From assembly GCA_965262865.1 (NCBI GenBank), contig CBDHFZ010000003.1:27294-91293 (forward strand): a DNA stretch of 64,000 bases, in the 5' to 3' direction. The notes under the pieces were generated by a model that did no database searches, had not been told where the DNA came from, and was given only the letters and a program-made list of their open reading frames with translations. This document shows positions 29,015 through 37,466 of the stretch, one piece after another (position 1 is the first letter of the stretch; each line of letters begins with the position of its first letter). This stretch comes from Dehalococcoidia bacterium. Lineage in GTDB: Bacteria; Chloroflexota; Dehalococcoidia; Lucifugimonadales; UBA3495. A program made the translations under genes and the position numbers.

Positions 29015-29143
29015 GGCAGTGGGGCAGGGGATGGCCGTTGTTACCGTCCCGCCCGCCCTGCTGAGTGGACCCCGACAGCGGGTCAGCCGGCGTAATTACG
29101 CCGATGTTACACCAACCTCACAATAATTCTCCGAAAACAGCCG
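29015..29143 (+). repeat. conserved upstream module, copy C, contains palindrome GGCGTAATTACGCC (29089-29102)
   Basis: See copies A and B. Here the module directly follows the chimeric remnant and is not followed by an adhesin gene. Confidence 0.85.
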
Positions 29144-29398
29144 TTTGTTGAGCGGAGAAGAACGCTTTGCACGTCTACCTGCAGCCGCCTGCCCCCAGTG
29201 CCGCAGCACGACGATGGTGGTCGCCAACCAGGACGACGTTTGGGGAAAGGACCACGCCATCAACTGCGGTGTCTGCGGCGGCCGGGTGACCGCGGCAGGG
29301 CTCAGCGGGAGGGGACTGCAGTGGCACGGCTCGATAGACCCGGAGGTGTGGGGCAACAGCTGTGGGACTTCGCTTCGGAAGGGGTCGATTCCTTCACC

Positions 29399-29704
29399 AT
29401 GGCAGAGGGTGACCGCAGACGCGAGGAGAGCAGAGTTGTCGCCGCAGCCCCTGTGGTCCACTACGCCCCGGGAGACTCCCCGCTGTGTGGCATCGAGAAG
29501 AGTCCCGAACCGATGACCCCCGACCCGGAGCTGGTGCGGGGATGCGGAGACTGTCTTGAGCTGGTGGCCGAGGACCTGTCCGACCAGAACACATACATGG
29601 GCCGCTGCCTCCACTGCAATCGGGAAATCCATGCCAAGGGCGGAGTCGCCTGGCGTCGTGCGGTCCGGAATCCCTGCCCGCACTGCGGCAAACCGGGGTG
29701 GTGA
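29399..29704 (+). CDS. small Cys-rich zinc-ribbon protein (101 aa)
   Basis: Three CxxC pairs are present (CGDC, CLHC, CPHC). The stop is 4 nt before the serine recombinase ATG. The start choice (ATG 29399) within track ORF 29198..29704 is uncertain. Confidence 0.45.
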   Translation: MAEGDRRREESRVVAAAPVVHYAPGDSPLCGIEKSPEPMTPDPELVRGCGDCLELVAEDLSDQNTYMGRCLHCNREIHAKGGVAWRRAVRNPCPHCGKPGW

Positions 29705-29708
29705 AGCG

Positions 29709-30341
29709 ATGATGATCCCCGTCACCTATGGATACGCGCGGGTCAGCAAGAGCGACCGGGACGACCGGAACCTCGAGACCCAGCTCCGCGAGCTGTCCAA
29801 CCACGGCATCCGGGAGGAGCTCATATTTTCCGACGTGATGACCGGCCGTTTGATGTCGCGGCCCGGATGGGACGAGCTCATGGCCCGGATCCAGCCGAAC
29901 GACACCATCGTGGTGGTATGGCTGGACCGTTTCAGCCGCAACTTCGAGGAGGGCGTGAGGATCCAGGCGGACCTGACCAACCGGAACATCGGCATCGTGG
30001 CCATCAAGGAAGGGATCGACACCACCGACGACAGCGCCGCGGCCAAGTACTTCCGCCGGATGATGATGGCCAACGGTGCCTACCAGGCTGATTCCACCAG
30101 CGAGCGGATAAAGGTGGGCCAAGAGCGTGCCAAGGCCGAGGGGAGGCCGCCTGGACGGCCGCCTGCGCTTTCACCCGACCAGGTGAACGAGTGCAAGCGT
30201 ATGTTCGCGGAGAACCCGTCGGTGAGCCGTGTGGCCAGGATCATGAAGATCTCGTGGAGCACGGCCAACAAGGCAATCTTCGATGGAAGCTCAGCACTAA
30301 ACCAAATCCAAGGTGGGATGTGCATTTGTCGGGAGTTGTGA
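29709..30341 (+). CDS. small serine recombinase (resolvase/invertase family), C-terminal tail replaced by IS sequence
   Basis: MMIPVTYGYARVSKSDRDDRNLETQ.. contains the catalytic Ser motif. ..VVVWLDRFSRN.. and the C-terminal HTH PSVSRVARIMKISWSTANKAI are present. The last ~15 codons (30296 onward) lie inside the IS630-like terminal repeat. Confidence 0.85.
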   Translation: MMIPVTYGYARVSKSDRDDRNLETQLRELSNHGIREELIFSDVMTGRLMSRPGWDELMARIQPNDTIVVVWLDRFSRNFEEGVRIQADLTNRNIGIVAIKEGIDTTDDSAAAKYFRRMMMANGAYQADSTSERIKVGQERAKAEGRPPGRPPALSPDQVNECKRMFAENPSVSRVARIMKISWSTANKAIFDGSSALNQIQGGMCICREL

Positions 30342-31198
30342 ATCAGGCCGGAAGTCTGACAGGATTGCCTCGGCCCTTGACTGGAGGATCGTCCGGCAGC
30401 GCCGTCTCACCTCTTCTTTCCGGTGGGTCAATCTTGCCAGGAACCGGCCGACCCTCTCCTGCGCCGCTTCCTTGCTCCCCAGGCACAGATTGCCTGTAGC
30501 TTCTTCCCTAGCCCACCCCCAGATGGCTTCATCAGCGTTGAAGTCCAGTCTGTACCCCAGGAGATTCACCAGTTGCAGTTTCAGATTCGGTGTCCGCAGG
30601 CATTCCCGCATCGCCTCCCCACGATGGGCTAGCACATTGTCCCAAATCACCTTCAAGGGCCCAGGATGCTTTTCTTTCAGTTGCTTCAGGAAGGCAACCG
30701 AGGTGCTCGAGTTGCTGTTGCCATCCTGCTGAGCCTGTCGAAGGGACCAGTTGACCAATTCCAAGCCCGACGCCGCTGGCGATTGTTGCACCGCCGTCTT
30801 CAACTCCTCCTGTTTCGCCTTGGTCAAGGGCGGGGGGAATCACCAGTCTGCTCGAAAATCAATGTCCTGGAACCTCCCTCACCGAAGGCCGATGCCCACC
30901 GTCCTATGGCGTGAGGGTCTCGGTCCAGTGCCTCTGCCGTGGCCGCCGCTGTCCACCCTTGGGCTAGCAGCAGCATGGCCTACCAACTCCTGAGCCTGCC
31001 GAAGGGCCCGCTCCCGGGGCGTGGGCGCCAGAATCATCCGGCGCTGCAAGTCCTTCACTCCCAACTCCCACCGCTCCAGCGACCGCTCTATCTCCCTGAC
31101 TCCCATCATCCCCCCATCACAACACGATTATCTGTCCCGTCTCTTGCTCTCCACTTTACCCTGTCTATCTGCGCTTTTCACCTTGGCTTTGGTTTAGT
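30296..31198 (-). mobile_element. degenerate IS630-family element (~0.9 kb)
   Basis: Terminal inverted repeats are ACTAAACCAAATCCAAGGTG (30296-30315) and the reverse complement of 31179-31198 (ACTAAACCAAAGCCAAGGTG), matching 19/20. The internal transposase is frameshifted and shortened. Confidence 0.65.
30297..31109 (-). pseudogene. IS630-family transposase, frameshifted and internally deleted
   Basis: ORF 30297..30827(-) carries ..VIWDNVLAHRGEAMRECL..LQLVNLLGYRLDFNADEAIWGW.., which is the DDE C-terminal pattern DN...H...LP.YSP.LN..E..W. The N-terminal HTH part is in a separate ORF/frame (30879..31109). Confidence 0.6.
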
Positions 31199-31550
31199 AT
31201 ACAGTCATGTTTGGAATCAAAGGGTTCAGAGTCCCCTGCAATGCCGGTTGGGCAACCACTCTGGGGTCGTAATGTTTCAAGGATACTTCGATTTCATGGT
31301 TGACTGACTACTAGCGCTTCACCGCCAAAGATGCCAGAACTAAACTACGCCGCCTCTACCCCTGCCATTCTTGATTTGACTCAGCATTAGGAGCGGGTTG
31401 TTTTGGGCCTTGTCCGGCTTTCTGGCGGAGCAGATGCAGGTCAATTCTGGCCCCAGAGTTAATTCCGTATTCATCTTTTCTTGCGTTTGCCCTTCTGGTC
31501 GGCCTTTTGGTAACGTAGAATCAAGAGTCATAGTGGCTTAGAGGGACTCC

Positions 31551-31820
31551 ATGGAAGATTACGCCCAGCCAATGAGACAAGACCAGATAGATCTTCTTAT
31601 CATGGGAGCAAAAAGTGGCAACATGTGGAACAAAGTTCCAAGCGGTTACAGTTCCCTGTTTAGCGAATTGTCACCGGTTATGCTCAAGATAACCGACGGG
31701 ATTGCTGTGGTTGACATAAGACACCGCAACGGCGAAATATACCAGACCACCAGCAATGGCCCATTGGGATATTTAGTTGATGAGTTGGTCGAGTTGGTTC
31801 GCTCGGTAGCTATCGGCTAG
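31551..31820 (+). CDS. hypothetical protein (89 aa)
   Basis: This is an ATG-initiated ORF in the lower-G+C region. I recognised no motif. Confidence 0.3.
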   Translation: MEDYAQPMRQDQIDLLIMGAKSGNMWNKVPSGYSSLFSELSPVMLKITDGIAVVDIRHRNGEIYQTTSNGPLGYLVDELVELVRSVAIG

Positions 31821-31917
31821 CCCCAAAGTCAGACGGAGTCGCCATGATAGAGCAGTACTCAGAACCGACATCGCCGCGGGCCTTTAGTTTCCTATCGAGG
31901 TTTGCCTACTGGTAGCT

Positions 31918-32241
31918 TTGCGGCACTATGTAAGCAAGGGACTGACCGAGGCCGGTATGCGGCTGGTGTCAGGCGGCACTGACAACCTACTCATCTTGGG
32001 TGACTTAACTCCGCTGGGCGTCACTGGGCGGCAGGCAGAGCAGGTGCTGGAGGGCGTAGGAATTATCGCCAACAAGAACGCCATTCCATGCGCCCCTCGC
32101 CCGCCCTGCGTCCCCAGCGGTCTGCGCCTGGGCACCCCGGCCATTATCAGCCGTGCTACGGGCACCGCTGAAACAACCCGCGTGGGCTCTGAGGTACGCG
32201 TGTTAACCGCAGGGTTCCCGGTGGCTGGGATCGATGATTAA
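31918..32241 (+). pseudogene. glyA: serine hydroxymethyltransferase internal/C-terminal fragment, degenerate
   Basis: ..GMRLVSGGTDNLLILGDLTPLGVTGRQAEQVLEGVGIIANKNAIPCAPRPPCVPSGLRLGTPAIISR.. matches the SHMT pattern LVSGGTDNH..VDL...G.TG..AE..L....I..NKN.IP.D.RSP.VTSG.R.GTPA. The conserved His of TDNH and Asp of DPR are substituted. The N-terminal ~2/3 of the gene is absent. Confidence 0.6.
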
Positions 32242-32265
32242 GATGTCCCACAACGAGAGCTAACG

Positions 32266-34233
32266 ATGACCACGCCGGAACGGAACGAACCCGAACACTT
32301 GGAAGCCGAAGGCTACCTCAACCGAGCGTTGCGTCGCTTAGGTGAGGGGCTAGGCCCTTTTATGTATGGGAAAATCCAAGACAAGGAGTTGTTGATAGAC
32401 GAGGAGAAGTCAGTCGTTACCAGAGACCTCTCGGTTATCTTTGGCAAAATGGAGCAGAATTGGACTAGGCTTGGATTAGGTTATGACGAGTGGAACTACA
32501 TGGGTTTGCTCATCGGTTTCCGCAATGGCCCTTGGGCGCATCTAATTGGGTACAGCGACGATGATGTTTTCCAGCGTCTTGGGGAAATCAGCCGGTTGCT
32601 CAAGGCTGTTTCAGCCGAAGAGCAGGCTCGAGCTGTGGAACACATGTACGCCGAGCTTGGTAAGCTGCTTTTCAGCCGGTCCGAGCCAGAACTCCAAAGC
32701 GACAGCGAAATTGCTGAATTGCGTCAGCAGTTATTTGCTATGCAAAGTCAGCTATCAAGGATAAGCGGGCAATCTGAGGAAAGCCGGTTCTCTACTTCCT
32801 CAATTTCCGGAGATCACTTCGTGTCTGACGTTGCTCCGAGCGAAGAACCCCCCGATTTGGGTGCATCTGCTCATGCCATTTCTGATATGACCGAAATCGT
32901 TGACCAGGCGAGTGATATCGTAGTAAAAGGCACAGAGAATTATCACAAGGGCGAGTATGACAGCGCCATTGCCAATTTCAGTAAGTCCTTGCAACTCGAC
33001 CCGCATCGCGTGGATGCATATGTTCTCCGGGGCATCGCCTGTGCCGAACAGGGGGATTACGACCGGGCTATTGCCGATTACGAATCTGTCCTGCGACTTG
33101 CCCCAGACTTTGCCGATGCGTACATCCTGCGTGGCATAGCCTACCAAGAGAAAGGGCAGCATGACTTAGCGATTGTCGATTTCGACAAAGGGCTTCAACT
33201 CACCCCAGAAGAAGCAGAGGCTTACCATCATCGGGGCATTTCTTACGCCGAAAAAGGGGAGTACGACCAAGGCATTGCCGATTATGAAGCTGCCTTACAG
33301 ATCAACCCAGACCATGTTATCGTCTTCCACAACCGGGGCCTCGCTTACTTTGATAAAGGGGATTATGACCGGGCTATCGCTGATTTTAACGAAGTTCTGC
33401 GGCTGAACCCAGACTATGAATCTGCCTACGGTAATCGAGGCAATGCTTTCTATGAAAAGGAGGAATATGACCGGGCCATTGCCGATTACGGAGCTGCCAT
33501 GCAATTTTCCCCAGACTTTTCATATGCTTACAACAAGCGAGGTCTTGCCTACACTTGCATTGGGGAATTTGACCGCGCCATTGCCGACTTTGACGAAGCC
33601 CTGCGGCTGGACCCGGACTATGCGGGTGCCTACAACAATCGGGGCCTAGCCTGTGTCCTAATAGGGGAATATGACCAAGCGATTGCCGACATCGAGAGCG
33701 CCATCGCTCTATATTCAGACGATGAAATGTCTAAGCGCGCTTATGACTTCAGAGAGCTGGCTATCCGCTTGCGAGATAAAACTACCGAGTATGATAGGCA
33801 CATTCAGGAAAACCCGGATGACCCGCACGGCTGGCACCTGCGCGGCATCTACCACTTGGATTCTGGAGATGAGGACAGCGCAATTGCCGATTTCAGCCGT
33901 GCTATAACGTTGGCGCCCGGCGATGCGGCTGTCTGGAACGACCGTGGGCTGGCGCGGTGGCAGAAGGGCGAAATTGACCAATCCTATGAGGATTACAGCC
34001 AGGCCATCGTTCTCAATCCGGATTTCGCCAATGCCTACTACAACCGGGCTTGGGTGTGGCGGCGCTGGGGCGAACACGGAAACGCAATCATAGATTTTAG
34101 CCAGGCTATCACCCTCGACCCTGATTACGCGGCGGCCTATGAACACCGGGGGCAATCCTACTTTTTCGTGGACAAACCTGAGTTGGGGCAAGCCGACCGC
34201 GATAAGGCGCGGGATCTAGGGTTCGGTCCGTAG
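32266..34233 (+). CDS. Swt1-like HEPN domain fused to a long TPR array (655 aa)
   Basis: The N-terminal ~130 aa carry an Rx5H motif, FRNGPWAH (32521-32541), in a helical context. A spacer follows, then at least 12 tandem 34-aa TPR units (..YDRAIADYESVLRLAPDFADAYILRGIAY..). Confidence 0.85.
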   Translation: MTTPERNEPEHLEAEGYLNRALRRLGEGLGPFMYGKIQDKELLIDEEKSVVTRDLSVIFGKMEQNWTRLGLGYDEWNYMGLLIGFRNGPWAHLIGYSDDDVFQRLGEISRLLKAVSAEEQARAVEHMYAELGKLLFSRSEPELQSDSEIAELRQQLFAMQSQLSRISGQSEESRFSTSSISGDHFVSDVAPSEEPPDLGASAHAISDMTEIVDQASDIVVKGTENYHKGEYDSAIANFSKSLQLDPHRVDAYVLRGIACAEQGDYDRAIADYESVLRLAPDFADAYILRGIAYQEKGQHDLAIVDFDKGLQLTPEEAEAYHHRGISYAEKGEYDQGIADYEAALQINPDHVIVFHNRGLAYFDKGDYDRAIADFNEVLRLNPDYESAYGNRGNAFYEKEEYDRAIADYGAAMQFSPDFSYAYNKRGLAYTCIGEFDRAIADFDEALRLDPDYAGAYNNRGLACVLIGEYDQAIADIESAIALYSDDEMSKRAYDFRELAIRLRDKTTEYDRHIQENPDDPHGWHLRGIYHLDSGDEDSAIADFSRAITLAPGDAAVWNDRGLARWQKGEIDQSYEDYSQAIVLNPDFANAYYNRAWVWRRWGEHGNAIIDFSQAITLDPDYAAAYEHRGQSYFFVDKPELGQADRDKARDLGFGP

Positions 34234-34515
34234 GCGGCGGGGGATGCCGGGGATGAGACGAAGTGACAGCCGGTTGCCCCTACATCTTCCCGCTACTCTC
34301 GGTTCTCCTTGGGCACACGGCGGCAGCGGTGGGGAGGACAGCAACAGAATTCAACTGCTGGACTGGCAGAGGCCTGGTCGTGATTCCAAGACTTGGCGCA
34401 AGGTCTGTCCCGCCGCTCGGCGGCTGACCCTCGCCGATGGGGTTGGACTCGGGCTCGAATGCGGCTTCAGAACGAACCGTAAGGAGGAGATTCTATATTC
34501 TGTCCAGTTTCACGG

Positions 34516-34745
34516 GCCTACCTGAATGGGGTGAACCTGGACTTCAGCCAGCGAGGCAAGCCCATGGGTAACTCCTTTATCGAGACCCTTAATGGGCGTT
34601 TCAGGCCGGAGTGTCCGAACGAGAACTGGGTTCCTTTCCTGGCAGGATGCCAAGGAGAAGGTGGAATCATGGCGAAATTACTACAACAGCGAAAGACCCC
34701 ACAGTGCCTTGTGAAACCTGTCACATCGGGAGTACCGTGCCGGCG
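34516..34745 (+). pseudogene. IS3-family transposase (OrfB) C-terminal remnant, frameshifted
   Basis: LDFSQRGKPMGNSFIETLNGRFRPECPNENW is in one frame and FLSWQDAKEKVESWRNYYNSERPHSAL* in the next. Together they form the conserved end of IS3 integrase-core proteins. Confidence 0.6.
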
Positions 34746-34941
34746 GAAATAGCTGATAGACCCGCAAGACTCTCACTATAGCTGGTACAGGAAATGGAGC
34801 GAGACCAGTATAAGCTATAAGGACCGAAAGCTGGTCGAATCCGAGATTGTGTCTAGATAGGGGTATTGCTAAACTGACATCTAGCGAACAAACAGTTAGG
34901 GGCGCCACGCTGCGGTTACCCGCGGCAAAGGACGGCTGACC

Positions 34942-36078
34942 ATGTCTGCAGCGATATACGACAGGAATCTTCACCTTCCCAGCTTGTCAATCAAGGGATT
35001 TCGTGGCATCGCCGATCTCACGATTCCTAGATTAGGCCGCGTAACGCTAATTACCGGCATGAACAATACGGGCAAAACGTCGATTCTTGAGGGGGTGCGC
35101 CTCCTCATGGAAGGCGCAACGCCTGAAGTGATACGCGAAATTCTCCAGTTTCGCGAGGAAAATGAACAAGGTATGTCAAATATTGGGCAAAATCCCAGCG
35201 GTGAGAGTTTCCTTGTCTCCGCACTTTTCCATGGATTCCCGCAAGTCTCCGAGAGTTCATTACCGATTATCATTTCATCCTGTGAAAACACTCGGAAACT
35301 GCATATGGAAGTGGGCTGGGTTTGGGAAACATTTGACGACGATGGAAACAGTAGATTAGTTCAGGAGGAACGTGCCTTCGTCGGTGAACACGATACCATT
35401 CCCGCGTTAGTGGTTCACACAGAGAACAGGAGGAGGGTCTATCCTATAGATCGCATAAATAGACTGACCTCCAACCGTCGTAGCTCCGCTCGTAATGATC
35501 CTACCCTGACAGAGTCTATATTTGTCAGTTCCTCTGGCGCAGAACGAACGGAAATGCTGGGACCGTTGTGGGATAACATCTCACTTACCGAAAGAGAACA
35601 GTATGTTGTGGAAGCGTTGCAGATTATAGACCCAAAGATTTCCGCCGTTTCGATGGTAGGTGAGCGTTCTGCTCGCACTTCCAGGACCGCAGTAGTTCGG
35701 TCAGAGAGCTTCCCACGACGGGTACCGCTCCGCTCTTTCGGGGACGGAATGAATCGCCTATTCGGCATAGTCTTATCCTTGGTAAACGTCCATGGTGGGA
35801 TGCTTCTGATTGATGAGTTTGAGAATGGAATGCACTTCTCCGTGCAAGTAGATGCATGGCGCACGATTTTTCGGTTAGCACAAATCCTAAACGTGCAGGT
35901 CTTAGCCACGACTCACAGTTTTGATTGCGTAGCAGGTTTTAGGCAGGCTGCGGTTGAACAAGAAGAGACGGATTGCCTTTTGGTTCGCATCGACAGACTT
36001 GGCGAGAAGATGCGCGTCGTAGAGTACACGGAAGAGGACCTCCAGGTCGCGATTAGTCAGAGAATAGAGGTCCGGTAA
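34942..36078 (+). CDS. ABC/AAA_21-type ATPase (378 aa), AriA/AbiLi-like
   Basis: LSIKGFRGIADLTIP.LGRVTLITGMNNTGKTSILEGV contains the Walker A motif. A long insert follows, then LLIDEFENGMH (Walker B) and ATTHS. The stop overlaps the next start (TAATG at 36076-36080). Confidence 0.85.
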   Translation: MSAAIYDRNLHLPSLSIKGFRGIADLTIPRLGRVTLITGMNNTGKTSILEGVRLLMEGATPEVIREILQFREENEQGMSNIGQNPSGESFLVSALFHGFPQVSESSLPIIISSCENTRKLHMEVGWVWETFDDDGNSRLVQEERAFVGEHDTIPALVVHTENRRRVYPIDRINRLTSNRRSSARNDPTLTESIFVSSSGAERTEMLGPLWDNISLTEREQYVVEALQIIDPKISAVSMVGERSARTSRTAVVRSESFPRRVPLRSFGDGMNRLFGIVLSLVNVHGGMLLIDEFENGMHFSVQVDAWRTIFRLAQILNVQVLATTHSFDCVAGFRQAAVEQEETDCLLVRIDRLGEKMRVVEYTEEDLQVAISQRIEVR

Positions 36079-36767
36079 TGGTAGCATCCGGTGCGAATCC
36101 GTTGCCTACTAACGGTGTCCTCATGGTTGAAGGACAGGATGACAAGCATATGGTCTGGCAGCTTTGTCGTCGAGATAGCTCGTCTTTCTCCGTTTCGAGG
36201 TCTGGTTACGAAATGAGTGTAACTCCCCTAACACAATCGACAGCATTTCTTATTGCGGAACAAGGGAGCCGACCCGATCTGCTGAAAGCCATCCGCCAGC
36301 AGATCGTAAGTTCCAGAACCCAGGCGGTTGGGGTCTTGGTGGACGCCGATGATGACTTGAACAAGTGCTGGGAGGATTTAGCAAGGGAGTTCTTGCGGGC
36401 AGACGTTCAATTGCCTGTTCAACCCGACCTAGTGGGTACGATAATACCCGAACAAGGATTCTTCCCCCGCATTGGTATCTGGTTGATGCCTGACAATAGG
36501 ACCGGGGGAGAACTCGAAAATTTTGTATTGGGGATGATTCCCGATGATGACCCAGAATGGCCCTTGGCGCAGGATTTCATCGAGAAAATCCCATGTGGGG
36601 ACAGGAAATTTGCACCGGAGAAGATCGATAAAGCCAAAGTCTATGCTTGGCTGGCAGCTAGAAAGGAACCTGGGCGAATAGGTGCTGCAATAGGAGCCAA
36701 TGACTTATACGTTGGTAACCCGCTTTGTCGGGACTTCCTTAGTTGGCTGACTAAGCTGTTCGGGTAG
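36078..36767 (+). CDS. TOPRIM-like DUF3226/DUF4435-type partner protein (229 aa), AriB/AbiLii/RloB-like
   Basis: LMVEGQDDKHMV supplies the Toprim Glu and VGVLVDADDD the DxD motif. ..IGIWLMPDNRTGGELENF.. is also present. The gene is translationally coupled to the upstream ATPase. Confidence 0.75.
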   Translation: MVASGANPLPTNGVLMVEGQDDKHMVWQLCRRDSSSFSVSRSGYEMSVTPLTQSTAFLIAEQGSRPDLLKAIRQQIVSSRTQAVGVLVDADDDLNKCWEDLAREFLRADVQLPVQPDLVGTIIPEQGFFPRIGIWLMPDNRTGGELENFVLGMIPDDDPEWPLAQDFIEKIPCGDRKFAPEKIDKAKVYAWLAARKEPGRIGAAIGANDLYVGNPLCRDFLSWLTKLFG

Positions 36768-37138
36768 TATCTGGGCTTAACTTTCATCGTGGATCAATAA
36801 CGCGAGAGGGGGTCGGTGACCGCGAACGATAGTCCGTGAAACGCATATGGAAGCCGCCGAGGGATAAGACTGGAACAGGATCTGCAGGCGAAATTGACTC
36901 TAAGTGAAGAAGGTCATTCCCAATTCGGCCACGACCATTCGATTTCGGCTCTATATGCTCCTGTTAAACGTAGGTGACACCTACGGAACGCACTACAGAC
37001 CCATCCACATCTCGGAGATGGTGCTAGTTGCTGTACACATTGGCCCACCTAACTGGACAAAATCAAGAACCTTTGTGATGAGGTTTACCTTGGCGTTGTA
37101 GTCAGCTATACACCCAGCCCCACACGAAGGATGAATAG

Positions 37139-37169
37139 AAAAGCCTCTGCCGTGTTTGCAGAGGCTTTT
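37139..37169. terminator. bidirectional rho-independent terminator hairpin between convergent genes
   Basis: AAAAGCCTCTGC-cgtgttt-GCAGAGGCTTTT forms a 12-bp perfect stem with a 7-nt loop. A/T runs lie on both sides. It sits between 36078..36767(+) and 37467..38342(-). Confidence 0.6.
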
Positions 37170-37466
37170 CAGTTGTGCCACTACGAGTTCTTTGACTTTC
37201 AATCAACAAAAACAGCACGGTTGTCTTGGGCGGTCGATTTGGATGCAACTGAAGTTGAATAGATACCAAAGTCTGCGGGGGCTACAGAACCTCCGGCTTT
37301 GGTAGACCGATAAATAAGTCTACCGACCGACCCAAGGATTCAAGTCTTCGCAGGTGAACCGGACCTTTATCAGGCATTACTGGTTCCCAGTCTTAATATG
37401 AGCACGTCGGTCATACCCACTCGCGAGCAGGCATGACGTGGCTAGTTTCGGACAATGTCTGCCCGC

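Noticed and set aside
31300-31375. Short peptide ..RFTAKDARTKLRRLYPCHS*, reminiscent of the extreme C-terminus of some transposases.
   Set aside because: About 20 codons with only a vaguely remembered motif is too little to call.
36904-37202. Small ORFs 36904..37101(+) and 36993..37202(-) in the 700-bp gap between the TOPRIM-like and TIR genes. I also considered a possible ncRNA there.
   Set aside because: I found no motif, and the two ORFs overlap each other. The minus-strand ORF runs through the terminator hairpin. Apart from that terminator and two weaker hairpins (37270-37330), I cannot support an RNA gene.
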